A stretch of DNA of 64,000 nucleotides from Yuukianura sp. NJ FZ-2021 (GCA_046563655.1 CM102288.1:3844001-3908000), one strand, 5' to 3'; counted from the first letter of the stretch, positions 12,373 through 24,186 are shown. Numbers and translations are program-made. Notes: a model not told the origin generated them from the sequence alone.

Positions 12373-12842
12373 TTCGATTTTTAAATTCCAAAAAAAAAGA
12401 TTTCAAAATTTTGAAAACTTTGGAAAGCCGGTTTGTGGTGTGTGTGGCTGAAGAAAGCAGCGTGTGGAGTGGCCTTGGCTTGTCACCCTAGTCTTTTTCA
12501 AGCTAGTAACGTTCGAATGTTGAAGAAACTTATCGACATTTAACCTCTCAGTGTCTTCCTTCTTCTATTGAGCAATGAATTATTAAGAGGGCAATAGGTT
12601 TAGCTTATAGTCTCTAATAGGCTACAAGACTATCACTTTTCTATAGTCCTCGACTACCACTTTCCCATACTCTATGAATACCCTGTTTATCAGTTTTACT
12701 GTTCTGCTGTTTCAAAAATATGCTTTCGTATGACTAAATCCTAGATTTTCTTGGAACTTTGACAAGATTTTAGACTTTGACTGACGCCACCATCGAATTC
12801 AAAATCTCCCGCCAACGGCGTTTACTCCTCAAGTTGACCTTT

Positions 12843-13025
12843 GGCTTCATGCCATTGCTTCGAATAGAAATGTTCCGAGTTGAATTGTTTCGAAATAACG
12901 TAACTAGGCTAAACTAGCCTAATTTAATCTAAATTAACCTAATCTCACTAACCTAACCCTAAACAATTTGTGTTTCGAAACAATTCACATTCGAAACAAA
13001 ACTTTCGAAACAATGGCATGCACCC
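12843..13025. mobile_element. MITE-like element with ~55-bp imperfect TIRs and (aacct)n core
   Basis: Left ggcttcatgccattgcttcgaa...tgaattgtttcgaaa versus reverse complement of the right arm, gggtgcatgccattgtttcgaa...tgaattgtttcgaaa; core rich in aacctaa. Confidence 0.65.
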
Positions 13026-13082
13026 GGACTTGGACCTGAGGCCAGGCCAACCCGGAGGCTTTTTTTCTCAAAATGTAAATGT

Positions 13083-13202
13083 TGACCCCCCTTTCGGGAG
13101 GTCATGTCCAAAAAGTCAATGAATACTCATTGAGTTGTCCCCCTCCACGGAAATCTTTAGTAAAAGGCGAAAGATTTATACGTCTTGAAGGGAGACCTGA
13201 GT
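13083..13202 (-). ncRNA. U5: U5 spliceosomal snRNA
   Basis: Minus strand ACTCAGGTCTCCCTTCAAGACGTATAAATCTTTCGCCTTTTACTAAAGATTTCCGTGGAGGGGGACAACTC...: invariant loop I GCCUUUUAC, stem I, Sm-like site GACUUUUUGG and 3' hairpin UGACCUCCC-GAAA-GGGGGGUCA. Confidence 0.93.
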
Positions 13203-14140
13203 TGAAATTTCACTGGATCTGCACGGTGCTATCCACTACAAATAGGTAAAATATATGATGGACCATGTACAAGAATTGACCTGTACATGACCTTAAGAGA
13301 GCTTGACCTTTGACTAAAGCAGTTGACCTTTGTCCGTCGATTATTCGTCATCTACTGTGCTAATTTTTGGTTTACTTTTGTTAGACTTTACCGTCGTATA
13401 ATTTAATTTACGACTTAAGTTGCATTAGGTTCAATGCTGAATGAAAGTTTTGAGCAAAAAGAGAATTTGTTGCCCTCTCGCGTGCGGGAAGGACGTTCAT
13501 CCACCGAAGTAGAGTTTTGCTTTTCTGAGAAATTCCGACAGCAAAAGCCAAATTCAGTGCTCATGAATGAATTATGTTGTAAATGTGTTGTAAATTATCA
13601 AAGTGAATGAAAAAAAGTACTTAAATTTCATACTGGTGAGTGTTAAGTTTCATGATTTAGAATTCGACATTGCATGGATACAGGTCAACTTAAGGCCAAG
13701 TGAAATGAAATATTCTTGTGATTATGAGCATAACTCTGATTTTGTTACCGGCAGGATGCCGTGCGGTTTTTTGGGAGGGTGTATTCAGAATTTTTGACTC
13801 ATCAACTTTCCGGTGGTTTACTTTATCAATTTCCCAAGTAGGGGACTTTTGTTTGTTTTTCTTCAATCTTCTAAGATAAACTAAACTCTTCAACACTTTT
13901 TACTTCGAAAGGTACTGGGACATAAGAGGTCACGCCTTGAAGAGGTCACAAGTCCAACAATTTGTCTGCGGAGTTACACCGGGACCGGGAGTGAACGAAC
14001 CGCCCAGTACAAAAGGATAAAAGACTAGGATTGGAATTTAGAAGGTAATTTACAATTTACGTGAATTGTTACGCAATTAATCAGTACCTTCATTTCAGTA
14101 TGAGCTAAAGTTTGATTTGGTTTTTCCAGAGAGGGACAGG

Positions 14141-15418
14141 ATGATTCTGCTAGAAATCAACAATCGTATTCTAGAAGATACTTTGACATTAAAATTTAAG
14201 AATGCTTTATCCGGGTAAGTGGGGATCGACTACGCTAGTAGTGACAGATCATGTTGAAAATATGATTGAAATGCTGATACTGATTGTTATCATTTTCAGT
14301 GCAAAAGTGGAATCGACAGATGTAGTTTTAGCAGATTTCGATGGGGTACTGTTTCACATCTCAAATCATTCCGGAGACAAAATGAAGATCAAGGTACAAT
14401 TACAGGAAATCGTGGGAATCTGTCAATTCATTGCGTTTATCGGTTCTTTTTTATTTTAGGTGAGCATATCCCTCAAGTTCTTCAAAGAGTTACAGGAACA
14501 CGGAGCAGAAGATTTGTTACAACGAGAGTATGGTTCCTACTTGGTTCATCCGCCTGAAGAAGGTTTGACAGTTTACAAAGTACAAAGCTTAAAGTTAAGT
14601 TTGATGATGTTCCCAAATCATGTGTTTGTTTCTCTACTTTCTATCAGGATACAATGTGTCACTTGTCTTGGACTTGGAAAATATCCCGAGTGACTGGGAA
14701 GAGCTTGTAAAGAAAGTGGGTCTCCTCAAGCGGAACTGTTTCGCTTCCGTATTTGAAAAGTACTTTGAGTTTCAAGAAAAAGGAGTCGAGGGGCAACGAC
14801 GAGCCGCCATTAACTTTCGTGATGATGAAACCTTGTAAGATTGCCGCAATTCTCCGTCATCAAGCTCTATTGATGTTACATTTTGTGATTAAATTTTAGA
14901 TATGTGGAAGCCCAAGCCGATAGAGTAACCGTAGTGTTTAGCACAGTCTTCAAAGACGAAGATGACGTCGTCCTCGGGAAAGTTTTCATGCAAGAGTTTA
15001 GGGAAGGCCGTAAGGCCTCACACACAGCCCCTCAAGTCCTCTTTTCCCACCGAGAGCCACCATTGGAACTACAGAATTCTGGTGCCAGAGTAGGAGACAA
15101 CATTGGCTATGTCACTTTTGTCCTGTTCCCGAGACATACGAATGCCGCTGCGAGGGACAACACGATCAACCTCATTCACATGTTTCGTGATTACCTTCAC
15201 TATCATCTAAAGTGCTCCAAGGCCTACATCCACTCCAGAATGAGAGCAAAGACATCAGACTTCCTTAAAGTTCTCAACAGAGCTCGGCCTGAGCCTAAAA
15301 TCATCGAAAAGAAGACCATCACGTGAGTTTTCAAAACGTTTGTTCAATTTTAAAGCACATTTTGAACTTTTTTTTTTTAATTTTCAGGGGTAGGACGTTT
15401 GTACGATCAGAACGCTAA
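14141..15418 (+). CDS. ARPC2: Actin-related protein 2/3 complex subunit 2 (p34-Arc), 6 coding exons
   Basis: [15 protein letters not shown]...[12 protein letters not shown]...[15 protein letters not shown]...[17 protein letters not shown]...[36 protein letters not shown]...KKTIT|GRTF. Confidence 0.97.
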
Positions 15419-16109
15419 AACTGTTTACATCGACATCTCTAACTGCCTTTTGAGATCAAGCACAAAATTTCACACTTTTCGCCTCCATATTCTTCCGGAT
15501 TCAAATTTTAGACAGTCAATGCGCAGAAGTGAGGTCAACGTCATGTCATCTCCGGTTTTCAGGAATTATACAATCACCACAACCACAAAACACGAAAAAC
15601 TCATTCATCAGTTGTAGGTTTAGCATCACTAATTAATTAACTACATTCTTAATTGCCAAATCCAACTTAAATGTTAAGCGTTAGTTGCAGTTTTCAATTT
15701 CTCTTGCGCAGTTCTTAAGTTTTTGAACAGTTCAACAAAATATTTAGACGCGAACCTTAAGCTGCTGCGTTTGGAAGGTTGTAAAACTTTAAACTAAACT
15801 GTGATTTTCTTTGTCGTCTTCTTCTTAGAAATCCCAAAAGATAAAATGCAATAAGCAATCCCTACTAAATGGTCTAAATTATTAAATTAATCCAACATTA
15901 ATTAACTTTAACTAATTAGTTAAGCAGGTTTCAAATTCTAAAAACAAATTGTCAGTGATGATCGTCGGTTCGATCAAAACGTCTGTAAAATTGAACTTGT
16001 TGATTAAAAGAAAAAGCTTATTTCTTTACAAAAATTATAGGTAAAACGTAAATTTTTGGTGCTAAACTTTTTAAAGCATTGATTTTTTTGATTTTTTTAG
16101 GCCATCTAC

Positions 16110-19103
16110 TTACTGTCCAGCAGGAGGGCCCTTCGGATTGATCTTGTAAAGTCGGCTGCTGGTGTACCCTTGACCTTGGCCCTTAGCGTGAGCTGGAACT
16201 GGAGGTGTTGACCTCTGGGCTTTTTGTCTAACATAGGGTGGTCCCGTTCCGACGGCTGGAACAGGACGCTTCCCAGTTTCAACCAGCGTTTGAAGCCGCT
16301 TGATCGACGCAGCGTTTTGTGTTTTTCGGTGTTCTTGACTTGGAGAACTTGTGGCTGGAGAGGGTGGATTTGAGTTGGACATGATCGATCCCAGCGTGTT
16401 AGAGTGTTTGTCTGGGGGCGGAGTCAGCAGTCGAGTAGCAAGTATTAGTTGAGTATGAGAATGCTGGCGTTGGGGTAGAATGTGCGGAGAGATTCGGAGC
16501 GGTTCGGCTTCCCAGCGTTTCCGATTTCTAGCAGCCGTTTCGGGGTCCTTGGCTTCGGTTTCTGTAAGTAGAAAAAATATAAAAAAAAATTCAAAAATCT
16601 GAAATAAAATGTTCGGTTTTGGAATAATTGTGGTTTCGACGAGCTTACCAGAACGTGGAGATGCACAATGCGATGCTGTTGGAGACACTTTTTTGTCATC
16701 TTGTGGTTGTTGACCTTGACCTTTTGAAGATGACCTTGACCTGGCACTTTTCCTTCCAGTGTTACTGTTTGACCCGAGGCCAACTTCCAGCGATGATGGA
16801 ATGTACAGCCCCTGAAGATTTTCACCTCTGGCGACAGTATAAGTCTTCGGTGGAGTTGGGAAACGGACCAATAAGGAAGGAGGTGGCGGTGGTACATGAG
16901 GTGGAGGCGGCACAATTTCAATTTCAGGTTCCCTGTTCCAAAATTTAAAAACTAGTCTTTTCGAAATTTCATTTTTTTTTAAATTCAAGTTTTTCAAAAA
17001 GTTTCTTACAAATTCGGTTTAGGAGTCAACGGTTCCGTGGCCTGCTTCAACCGCGGCGTGAATCCGGAGAAATATCGTGAAAACTCTTCCGGGATTTCCT
17101 GATCTTCATTCTGTGCCAACTCTTCAGCGTTCTTCATAATGCGCATGTTGGCTTTGGAGTCAGTCAGTTTCAGCGGAATCAGAGGAGTAGTGTCACCCCC
17201 TTCTGAAATGACCTCTGACCTCCTTCGACGTTTGGAAGACCGAGCTGACACCCCTTTGTGACTCGCGGCTGCAGACGAACGAGCTGATGCACTTAACCTC
17301 CGAACTTTCGGAGTCGACGTTGTTGAACCAAATTTCGATGGAGGTTTTGACTCTGGATTTGGTGGGGCGCTGGAGTCGGAATCTCCAGCGTCTCCAGCAT
17401 CAGTATCCTGAAATAACGGTCAGCATCAAGACTAATTCAAATATAATAATATAATATAAATAATTATTTTTATATAATATATTTTGTGTTTACGACATCT
17501 GAGAACTCTTCATCCGTCCACTCCTCATCAACTGTAGTCTCAAGGGACACATTTTTGTCCGTTTCTGTCTTCAGATCTGCCAAAACCGGAGTCGCTGGAT
17601 CCTCAACTTTCAAAATTTCAGCGTCACCTTCCTCTTTTCCTTGAACCTGAATTTTTTTTTTAAAAAAATCAGTTTTGTAAATTTTTTGAAAATACTAAAT
17701 TTTTGAATTTACATTTGGTTTCTCTTCTTTGTTTCCTCCAAAAAGTTCTGGAAATGACTTTCGAAGAACTCCGTCCAACTCGAAAATGTTGACAGCTTTG
17801 CGTTGAAAAGCGAGTTCCAGGGCATTGACAACTGCAGTGGTGGCGTGAAGCAGTTTGCAGTATCGTTCTTGCGTTGCAGTCAAACTGCGTTTGACGTAAG
17901 AACAAATTTCAGGTCTGAGTCTGCGTAGAGACGAAGCGTCACCCTTGGCTTCCCTTCCGGAGTTCTCTTCGTCTTTCTTCTGGACAATCCTGGACTCTTC
18001 TGGAGTCAGAAAGTACTGGTACATTTCCTGGAGGTAGGGAATGCTGCTGCTGGAAGGAATGCTGGCGTCCAGCTCAGCGTTAAGCTCTGACAGGAGTGTC
18101 TGCAGTTGCTGTCTCAGGTCTTGTTGCCATTGGTCCTGGAAAGGTCAAGGTCAAAGGTCAACTATAAGTCAAGATTAGTCAAAAGTTGGTTGACTAACTG
18201 TGAAAATAACTTTGAAGGCAGGATGAGCGTCAGGATTTTCGACAAACGGGAAAGCAAAGAGCGGAAGACATACTGGATCCTTAGTAAATTCTTCGCTGTA
18301 GAGCTGATGAAATTGACGCAACTCTTCCAGTGCTTTACCTTTGACATCTGCGTCAGCGTTTTTACGAAATGGCAAACTAGCAACGTAAATTTTTAAAAGA
18401 ATCGAGGATTGTCTCAGCTTGGAACTTCCACGGGCCTCTTCAGCGTCACAAAATTTCGACCAAATCTTTAAAAATTTCAGAAATCAAGGTCAAAGCTCAA
18501 ATTTCAAAAATCAAGGTCAAAGGTCACGAAATTTTAAATTCAAACTCTACCTCAGTCAATTCCTCAGCGTCCCAGGCATCAAAAGCAACAAAGAAGGCGT
18601 CAATGTCGCTTGAGGCTGGAGAGGATTCGAAGCGATTTTTGCTACTTGACGGCAGCGGAACTTCTTTCGCTAAGCATTCCGTTCGAAACAGGATACAAGT
18701 CTCTTTCAATCCAAGATGTTCCAGATACTGTTCAGAACAACACTTATTTAATTTTTCTTTCAAAAAACTTTTCAAAATTTTTTGTCACCTCAAGGACAAT
18801 TCCGTTTATGATTCGAGTGTGGTCGTCCGCTTCAAGGTCGGGGGGCTGTGCATCGCCATTGTTTTGTGCAACAGGATTTAGGATCTCGGCTTTAGGTTTC
18901 TGTGAAATTCCGGTCAAATCGCTGCAACTTTCGCTGAAAAAACTGTCTTCCTCGTCACTTTTTTTGAGGTCTACACCTTTTTGTTCAGAAATTCCTTCTG
19001 CCTCTGCGTCGTCGGAAAAGATCGGCAGACTTCGTGTCTCTGCGTTTCTTCGCTTAGACTTGGATTTGTACTTTGTATTAACATATAGCGTTTCAACGCT
19101 CAT
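16110..19103 (-). CDS. ARMC9: LisH-domain ARMC9-like protein (N-terminal ARMC9 region plus long low-complexity tail)
   Basis: 'IINGIVLE|YLEHLGLKETCILFRTEC' (LisH); 'LPLFAFPFVENPDAHPAFKVIFT|DQWQQDLRQQL' resembles ARMC9 'LPFYALPFVPNP..HPSFKELF.DSW'; 'TQERYCKLLHATTAVVNALE' resembles the ARMC9 coiled region. Downstream exons are S/P/K-rich. Confidence 0.7.
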
Positions 19104-19266
19104 TTTCAAAACAGTTTAAAATTTGTCAACAGCACAAGAATCTAAAAATTTAAAACAGCCAAGTGATGATGACGCATGTTCATGTCGTGCTTGTCGCTCA
19201 AGATACGCAGTTGTAGCCTTAGCTCTGCGTAGTATAAGTTTTTAACAAGTATCCACGTAGTCACTG

Positions 19267-19280
19267 GATGCCATGACGAC
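19267..19280 (-). promoter_or_regulatory. Candidate X-box upstream of the ARMC9-like gene
   Basis: Minus strand GTCGTCATGGCATC, one mismatch from GTHNYYATRRNAAC, ~165 bp upstream of the ATG. Confidence 0.45.
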
Positions 19281-19386
19281 AAAGTATGTATCCAAAGGTT
19301 AAGTCACATTTTAATACTCTAGTGGTCAAAAATTTCTGAACAATTAAAAACTTATTAGTCAGTTATTGTGTGCGGGAAGTCAAAGT

Positions 19387-22110
19387 TTAAAGTGCTACTG
19401 GCGGTTTATATCCCTCGGCTGACAGTAGAGTTCCAGCGACACAGGCGTTGAGGAGTCCCACGATGGATCCAGCCAGAAGTGCCCGGAAAATGGTTTTACT
19501 CAAGTCCGTTCTGCGTTCTGGTGCCATGATACTCAACCCACCCAACTGAATCCCAACAGAAGAAATATTGGCAAAGGAGCACAGAGCATAGGTGGCGATT
19601 GCACGGCTCCTCTCCTAAAACACCGAAAAGTCACAAGGTCAAGGTTAAATTGGGTCAAAGTCAAGCTCAAAAGCAAAAAAAAAAGCTTGGTCCATTATAA
19701 AGTTGGCTTACGGAAAGCTCTGTCATTTTACTCAGCTCTTGGTAAGCTACAAATTCATTCACGACGATTTTCAAACCTAAAAAATGAAATTTTCAAAATT
19801 CATACTTCTTTCAAAAATGGCTGATTTCAAAAATTTTGATCAGGAGTATACCAAGTAATCTTGCCACTTGTTCCGTCTCTTCTGGATCAATTCCGATTAA
19901 GTATGCAATGGGAATGAAAATTTGACTCAGCAGCCACTAAAATCAAAATTAGGAAACTTAAATGCTCAGTTGACCTTCCGATTTCAAGGTCAAGTAATTG
20001 AGTAAGCTTAATTACCGTGAATGAAAGTTCATCTACTCCGATCATCATGCCAAGCCACATGAATAATGCATCTAAAAATGCAACGAAGGCCATGAAGGCT
20101 ACAATATTAGCAACGATATTGCCAATCAAAGCCACTCCTTGCATGGCTCCCTGAGCAGCAGCATCAAGTGCATTTCCTTCTGTCCTAAAACGTGAATTTC
20201 AAAATTTTAGAAGTTTTGAAAAAATTCAGATTTTGAAAAAAGAAAATGATTACTTGATTGCGTCCATGAATCTGATGTGCTTGGCAGTAGTTTGGGATTT
20301 TTTGGTTTCGGGGTACATGAGTTTGCTGTAGGCAAGTGCAGCTGAAGACAAAAATTGCGAATGTAGAATTTTGCTCTAAAAATTTTCAAATTTTAAATTT
20401 TACCGGGAGCGGCCATGACTGAAGCTGAAAGTAGATAAACAGGTTCAATTCCCATGCTGATGTAAGCGGCCATGACACTTCCAGCAATTGTAGCAAATCC
20501 TGTGGGAAAAATTATTTTCAGATAAAATTTTTATCAGTTTTATCAATCAAATCAAATATTTGGCAACATTTTTGTAAAACTGACCTCCGGTCATGACTGC
20601 ATGCAGTTCGGAATTTGTCATTTTGGGCAAAAATGGTTTAATGAGAATTGGAGCTTCTGTTTGACCCACAAAAATATTGGCAGCAGCATTCATACTCTCA
20701 GCAGCAGTCGTTCCAATTGTAATCTAAATTTCAGGAAAAATCACAATGAGTCATTCCCGTATCTTACAAAGTTATTTCAATTGCACTGATACTGTAAACA
20801 GTACCAATACTGCCAATTTAATACTGCCAATACTGGCGACTTACTTGTAAAACCCATCCAATTTTTTCCACAACCCACTGCATAACGCCATAAAAGTAGA
20901 GCAATTGAATGAAGAAACTGAAGAAGAAGATCACTGACAAGTTCTGAAAATCAAAAATGCAAAAAATTCAAAATCAACCGAATTTTGAGAAATGTTGAGA
21001 AAAAAGTTGACACCTTACCGCAAACACAAAAGTGGGATCGATGTAAAGTTGTTGCTGATCCGTAATGTTGTATGTGTAGCCTGACGCCAAGTGACCATAG
21101 ACAAAGTAGGAACCAACGTTTGTAAATGCCAAAAACGTTGACACTTTGCCACTGATGCAGTCAAATCCCGCTTGTCCACCTTCCCATCGCAGTACAACTA
21201 AACCCATGATGAACTGAATTCCAACTCCCCAGAGTACTTGGTTCCACTGAACTCTTCCAGGATGTTTGGACAGGAACAGCCCAAGAAGAATCAACACGAC
21301 GAGTCCTCCCGCTGAAATCAGTCGGGCCGGTTGACCTTTCGTGTCAAAGTACAGGAAGACTGCGACTCCTCCAAGAATCACAATGGCTACTATAAGCTGG
21401 ACGTACCTTGAAAGAAAAACGTCAAGAAAACGTTAGCATTCTCCCGCCCTGAGATAAATTTTCAAAGTTTGACGTTAACTTACCAACGTTTGAACAACGG
21501 TGATAGTTTTCTAGAAATGGGTTTCATGATCTTCTTTCTAATGGTTTTGCCCAAGTACTTTTTGAGTATAAAGTAGTAGACGAGACCCCACACCATCAGC
21601 CCAGTGAGGATCAAGAACATTCCGAATCCGTCACACCAAAAGTCAACTTTGATGTCATACTGAATGTTGTAGTTGATGGCCACGCCCATGTAGGCCACAT
21701 ACAGTCCCACTAGAGTCAAAAGACCAAGAATCTTGACCGTCTTTTTGTTCTCCAGTATAACATGTTGGAATACGGTATGAATTGAGTTGACTACACGAGA
21801 GATCAAGTTGGGATCCACTTCGTCATCATCATCATCAAAATTAATTCCAAGTTCAAGTTCGCTTTTAGCGGATCCTTGGTAATTCAGTTTCGATTGATCT
21901 CCAGGAGGTGGGGCCTTGTATCCATTGGAATTTAAGTTTTCCTGAAACAAATCCAAAGGTTAAAGGTCAACAAGAATGGAATTCCTCAGAATTCGGTATT
22001 TAGCACTTTGGCACTCTTACGAAGGTGCTGTAATTCGTAACGGAGGAACGTAATTGAGGGAATGTGACACTTACATCTTCTTTTCCGGGTGCAAATCCTG
22101 GATTATCCAT
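19387..22110 (-). CDS. Concentrative Na+/nucleoside cotransporter (SLC28/CNT family)
   Basis: [16 protein letters not shown]...'[20 protein letters not shown]', '[22 protein letters not shown]', '[15 protein letters not shown]', '[12 protein letters not shown]', 'NEFVAYQEL', '[19 protein letters not shown]'. Confidence 0.93.
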
Positions 22111-22616
22111 TTCATGCAAAGAAAAAGTAAAGGATTAATGAAACTAAGGTAATTGAAATGGCAAGTGAGATCTAGAATGGCCGAAACCCTCTTGAACAGT
22201 TAGAGCCTTGGCAATTCCAAATACACTTGGGAATCAGCAGTAATGAAACTAATTTAACCTGACACATGTTGCATTTTTAAGTACTACTATTTTCATACCC
22301 GAGACAAAGAGAGACATAATTGTTTGATAGTTTAAGCCTTTGGATGATTAAAGGTGATAAGTGACAATGGCTTTAGAGATTACTGAAATATTACGTAGTT
22401 GGCTAATTATAAAACCAACAGCGTATTTGACCTGTATTTGTCTGGCAATTTCAATTAGTCAAAAAGCATCAAAATTTCGAAAATTTCTGAAATTAGAACG
22501 AAACTGGAGAAAAATAAAATGAAAAAATGAAAACAAAAACAAAGGCAAATGAAAAGGCAAAATTCCTGGCGCGCGCTTTCTCCTCACGTGATGCACACGC
22601 GCAGTTTGACGCCAAA

Positions 22617-22688
22617 AGGTCAATGACCTCTCCAGCTGGATTCAAATTTTCTATAAAAGGGCGAGTTTTTCCCATTTCCTGTTTAGTC
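22617..22688 (+). promoter_or_regulatory. Core promoter of the basic-protein gene: perfect IR1 element, TATA box and Inr-like motif
   Basis: AGGTCAATGACCT 22617-22629, TATAAAA 22652-22658, TTAGTC at 22683 about 31 bp after the TATA. Confidence 0.55.
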
Positions 22689-22848
22689 TTAGTTTTACTT
22701 CCGCAGTGACAGGTCGTATATCAAGCACACATTCCTCAAAATCAAGAACGAAGTTCAACGACATTTGGTTGACCTTTGACGTCCAAGTTCGACCTTCCAG
22801 TTAGCCACAGTGTCATTCTTCAAGAGAAACCGGCAGCCCAGAACCGTC

Positions 22849-24052
22849 ATGACGAAGTCCAAGCCATCTCGGATCCGATTCCATATCCGCCAGGCAGAGG
22901 AACAGAACACACCAACAACTGAGGTCAATAATAATGATGCTCAATGTGAAGACAAGGAAGAGCGAGGTCGGAAGCGCAAGTAAGTTTAGAAACGTTGAAT
23001 GACCTTGACCTTTTGTGTAAATCTATGTCTATCTGTCAATCTAAAAGTGGCATCTTTGTATCAGGAACACATCTCCGGAACCCACCGGATTTTCTTGCGG
23101 ATCAACTGCTGATGAAAAATGTGATCCGCCTGTCAAGAAGCCTGAAGGGAAGAAAGGAACGAGTCGCCCATCATCGTCTGGCAGTTGTTCCTCGTCCAAG
23201 AAGAATAGTAACTAAATCCTACTTGTTAATTTTAACTGATTTGTTGATTAATTAACTAATTAATTTCTGTTGATTTAGACAAAAAGGGGAGCAAGTCAAA
23301 GTCTTGTGACAGCAAGAAAGGAAAAGGCCGTGGACGATCGTCTGGCTCTTGTGGACCGAACAAGAAGAAAAGTAAGTACACGACACTACTTGTTAATCTT
23401 AACTGACTTTGTTGATTAATTAACTAATTAATTTCTGTTGATTTAGACAAAAAGGGGTCAAAGTCTTGTGGTACCACAAAGAAAGGAAATGGCCGTCGTG
23501 GACGATCGTCTGGCTCTTGTGGACCACGCATTAAGAAAAGTAAGTACACACTAAATTGTTAATTTTAAATGATTTGTTGCTTAATTAACTAACTAATTTC
23601 TGTTGATTTAGTCAAAAAGGGGTCAAAGTCTTGTGGCACCACAAACAAAGGAAAAGGCCGTGGACGTGGACGATCGACTACAGCTTGTGACCCGACCAAG
23701 AAGAAAAGTAACTACACATTACTTGTTAATTTTAACTAACTTTGTTGATTAATTAACTATTTAATTTCTGTTGATTTAGACAAAAAGGTGACAAAGTCAA
23801 AGTCTTGTGACACCAAGAAAGGAAAAGGTCGCGGTCGTGGACGTCGCCCATCACCGTCTGCCTCTTGTGCCCCACCCAAGAAGAAAAGTAACTACACGCT
23901 ACTTTCTTAATTTTTACTGACTTTGTTCATTAATCAACTAATTAATTTCTGTTGATTTAGTCAAAAACGTGACCAAGTCTTGTGACCCAAAGAAAATTGT
24001 GAAGAAGAAGCCTGCTGGACCGAAAAAGGGCGGCAAGGGGAACAAGTGCTAA
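22849..24052 (+). CDS. Highly basic Lys/Arg/Gly/Ser/Cys-rich repeat protein (protamine-like candidate), 7 exons, 251 aa; missed by the ORF track
   Basis: Exons 22849-22979, 23065-23207, 23279-23371, 23447-23539, 23612-23707, 23780-23887, 23961-24052 join in frame (756 nt) with GT-AG introns; repeat exons encode e.g. NKKGSKSKSCDSKKGKGRGRSSGSCGPNKKK. Confidence 0.8.
23208..23990 (+). repeat. Tandem array of ~5 intron+exon units (period 165-181 bp)
   Basis: Each unit is gtaa(c/g)ta...cttgttaattttaactga...taattaactaattaatttctgttgatttag plus a caaaaagggg...aagtcttgtg...aagaaaa exon; exon starts at 23279, 23447, 23612, 23780, 23961. Confidence 0.9.
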
Positions 24053-24186
24053 GCAAAAATCTCACCAAAGTCAAACAAATCAACAGTATTTTTACACAAA
24101 CCAAAATTAAGTACAAAACAAAAAATTCTTGAATCACTCTTTTTTTCAAAATTCTCTCATTGTGAAGTAAAAGATTTAACCTAAAC

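Noticed and set aside
12626..12650. aagactatcacttttctatagt resembling the U3 snoRNA 5' end
   Set aside because: Box A and the downstream U3 boxes are absent; chance similarity.
18610..19119. 169-aa plus-strand ORF and ORFs antisense to the OBP-like gene (38194-38641)
   Set aside because: Antisense shadows of well-supported genes on the opposite strand.
22466..22477. GCATCAAAATTT resembling the Drosophila testis translational control element
   Set aside because: It lies upstream of the TATA rather than in the 5' UTR, and CAAAATTT is very common in this window.
23208..23990. CRISPR-like appearance (near-identical repeats separated by variable segments)
   Set aside because: The repeats are GT-AG introns and the spacers are homologous in-frame exons; eukaryotic context, no cas genes.
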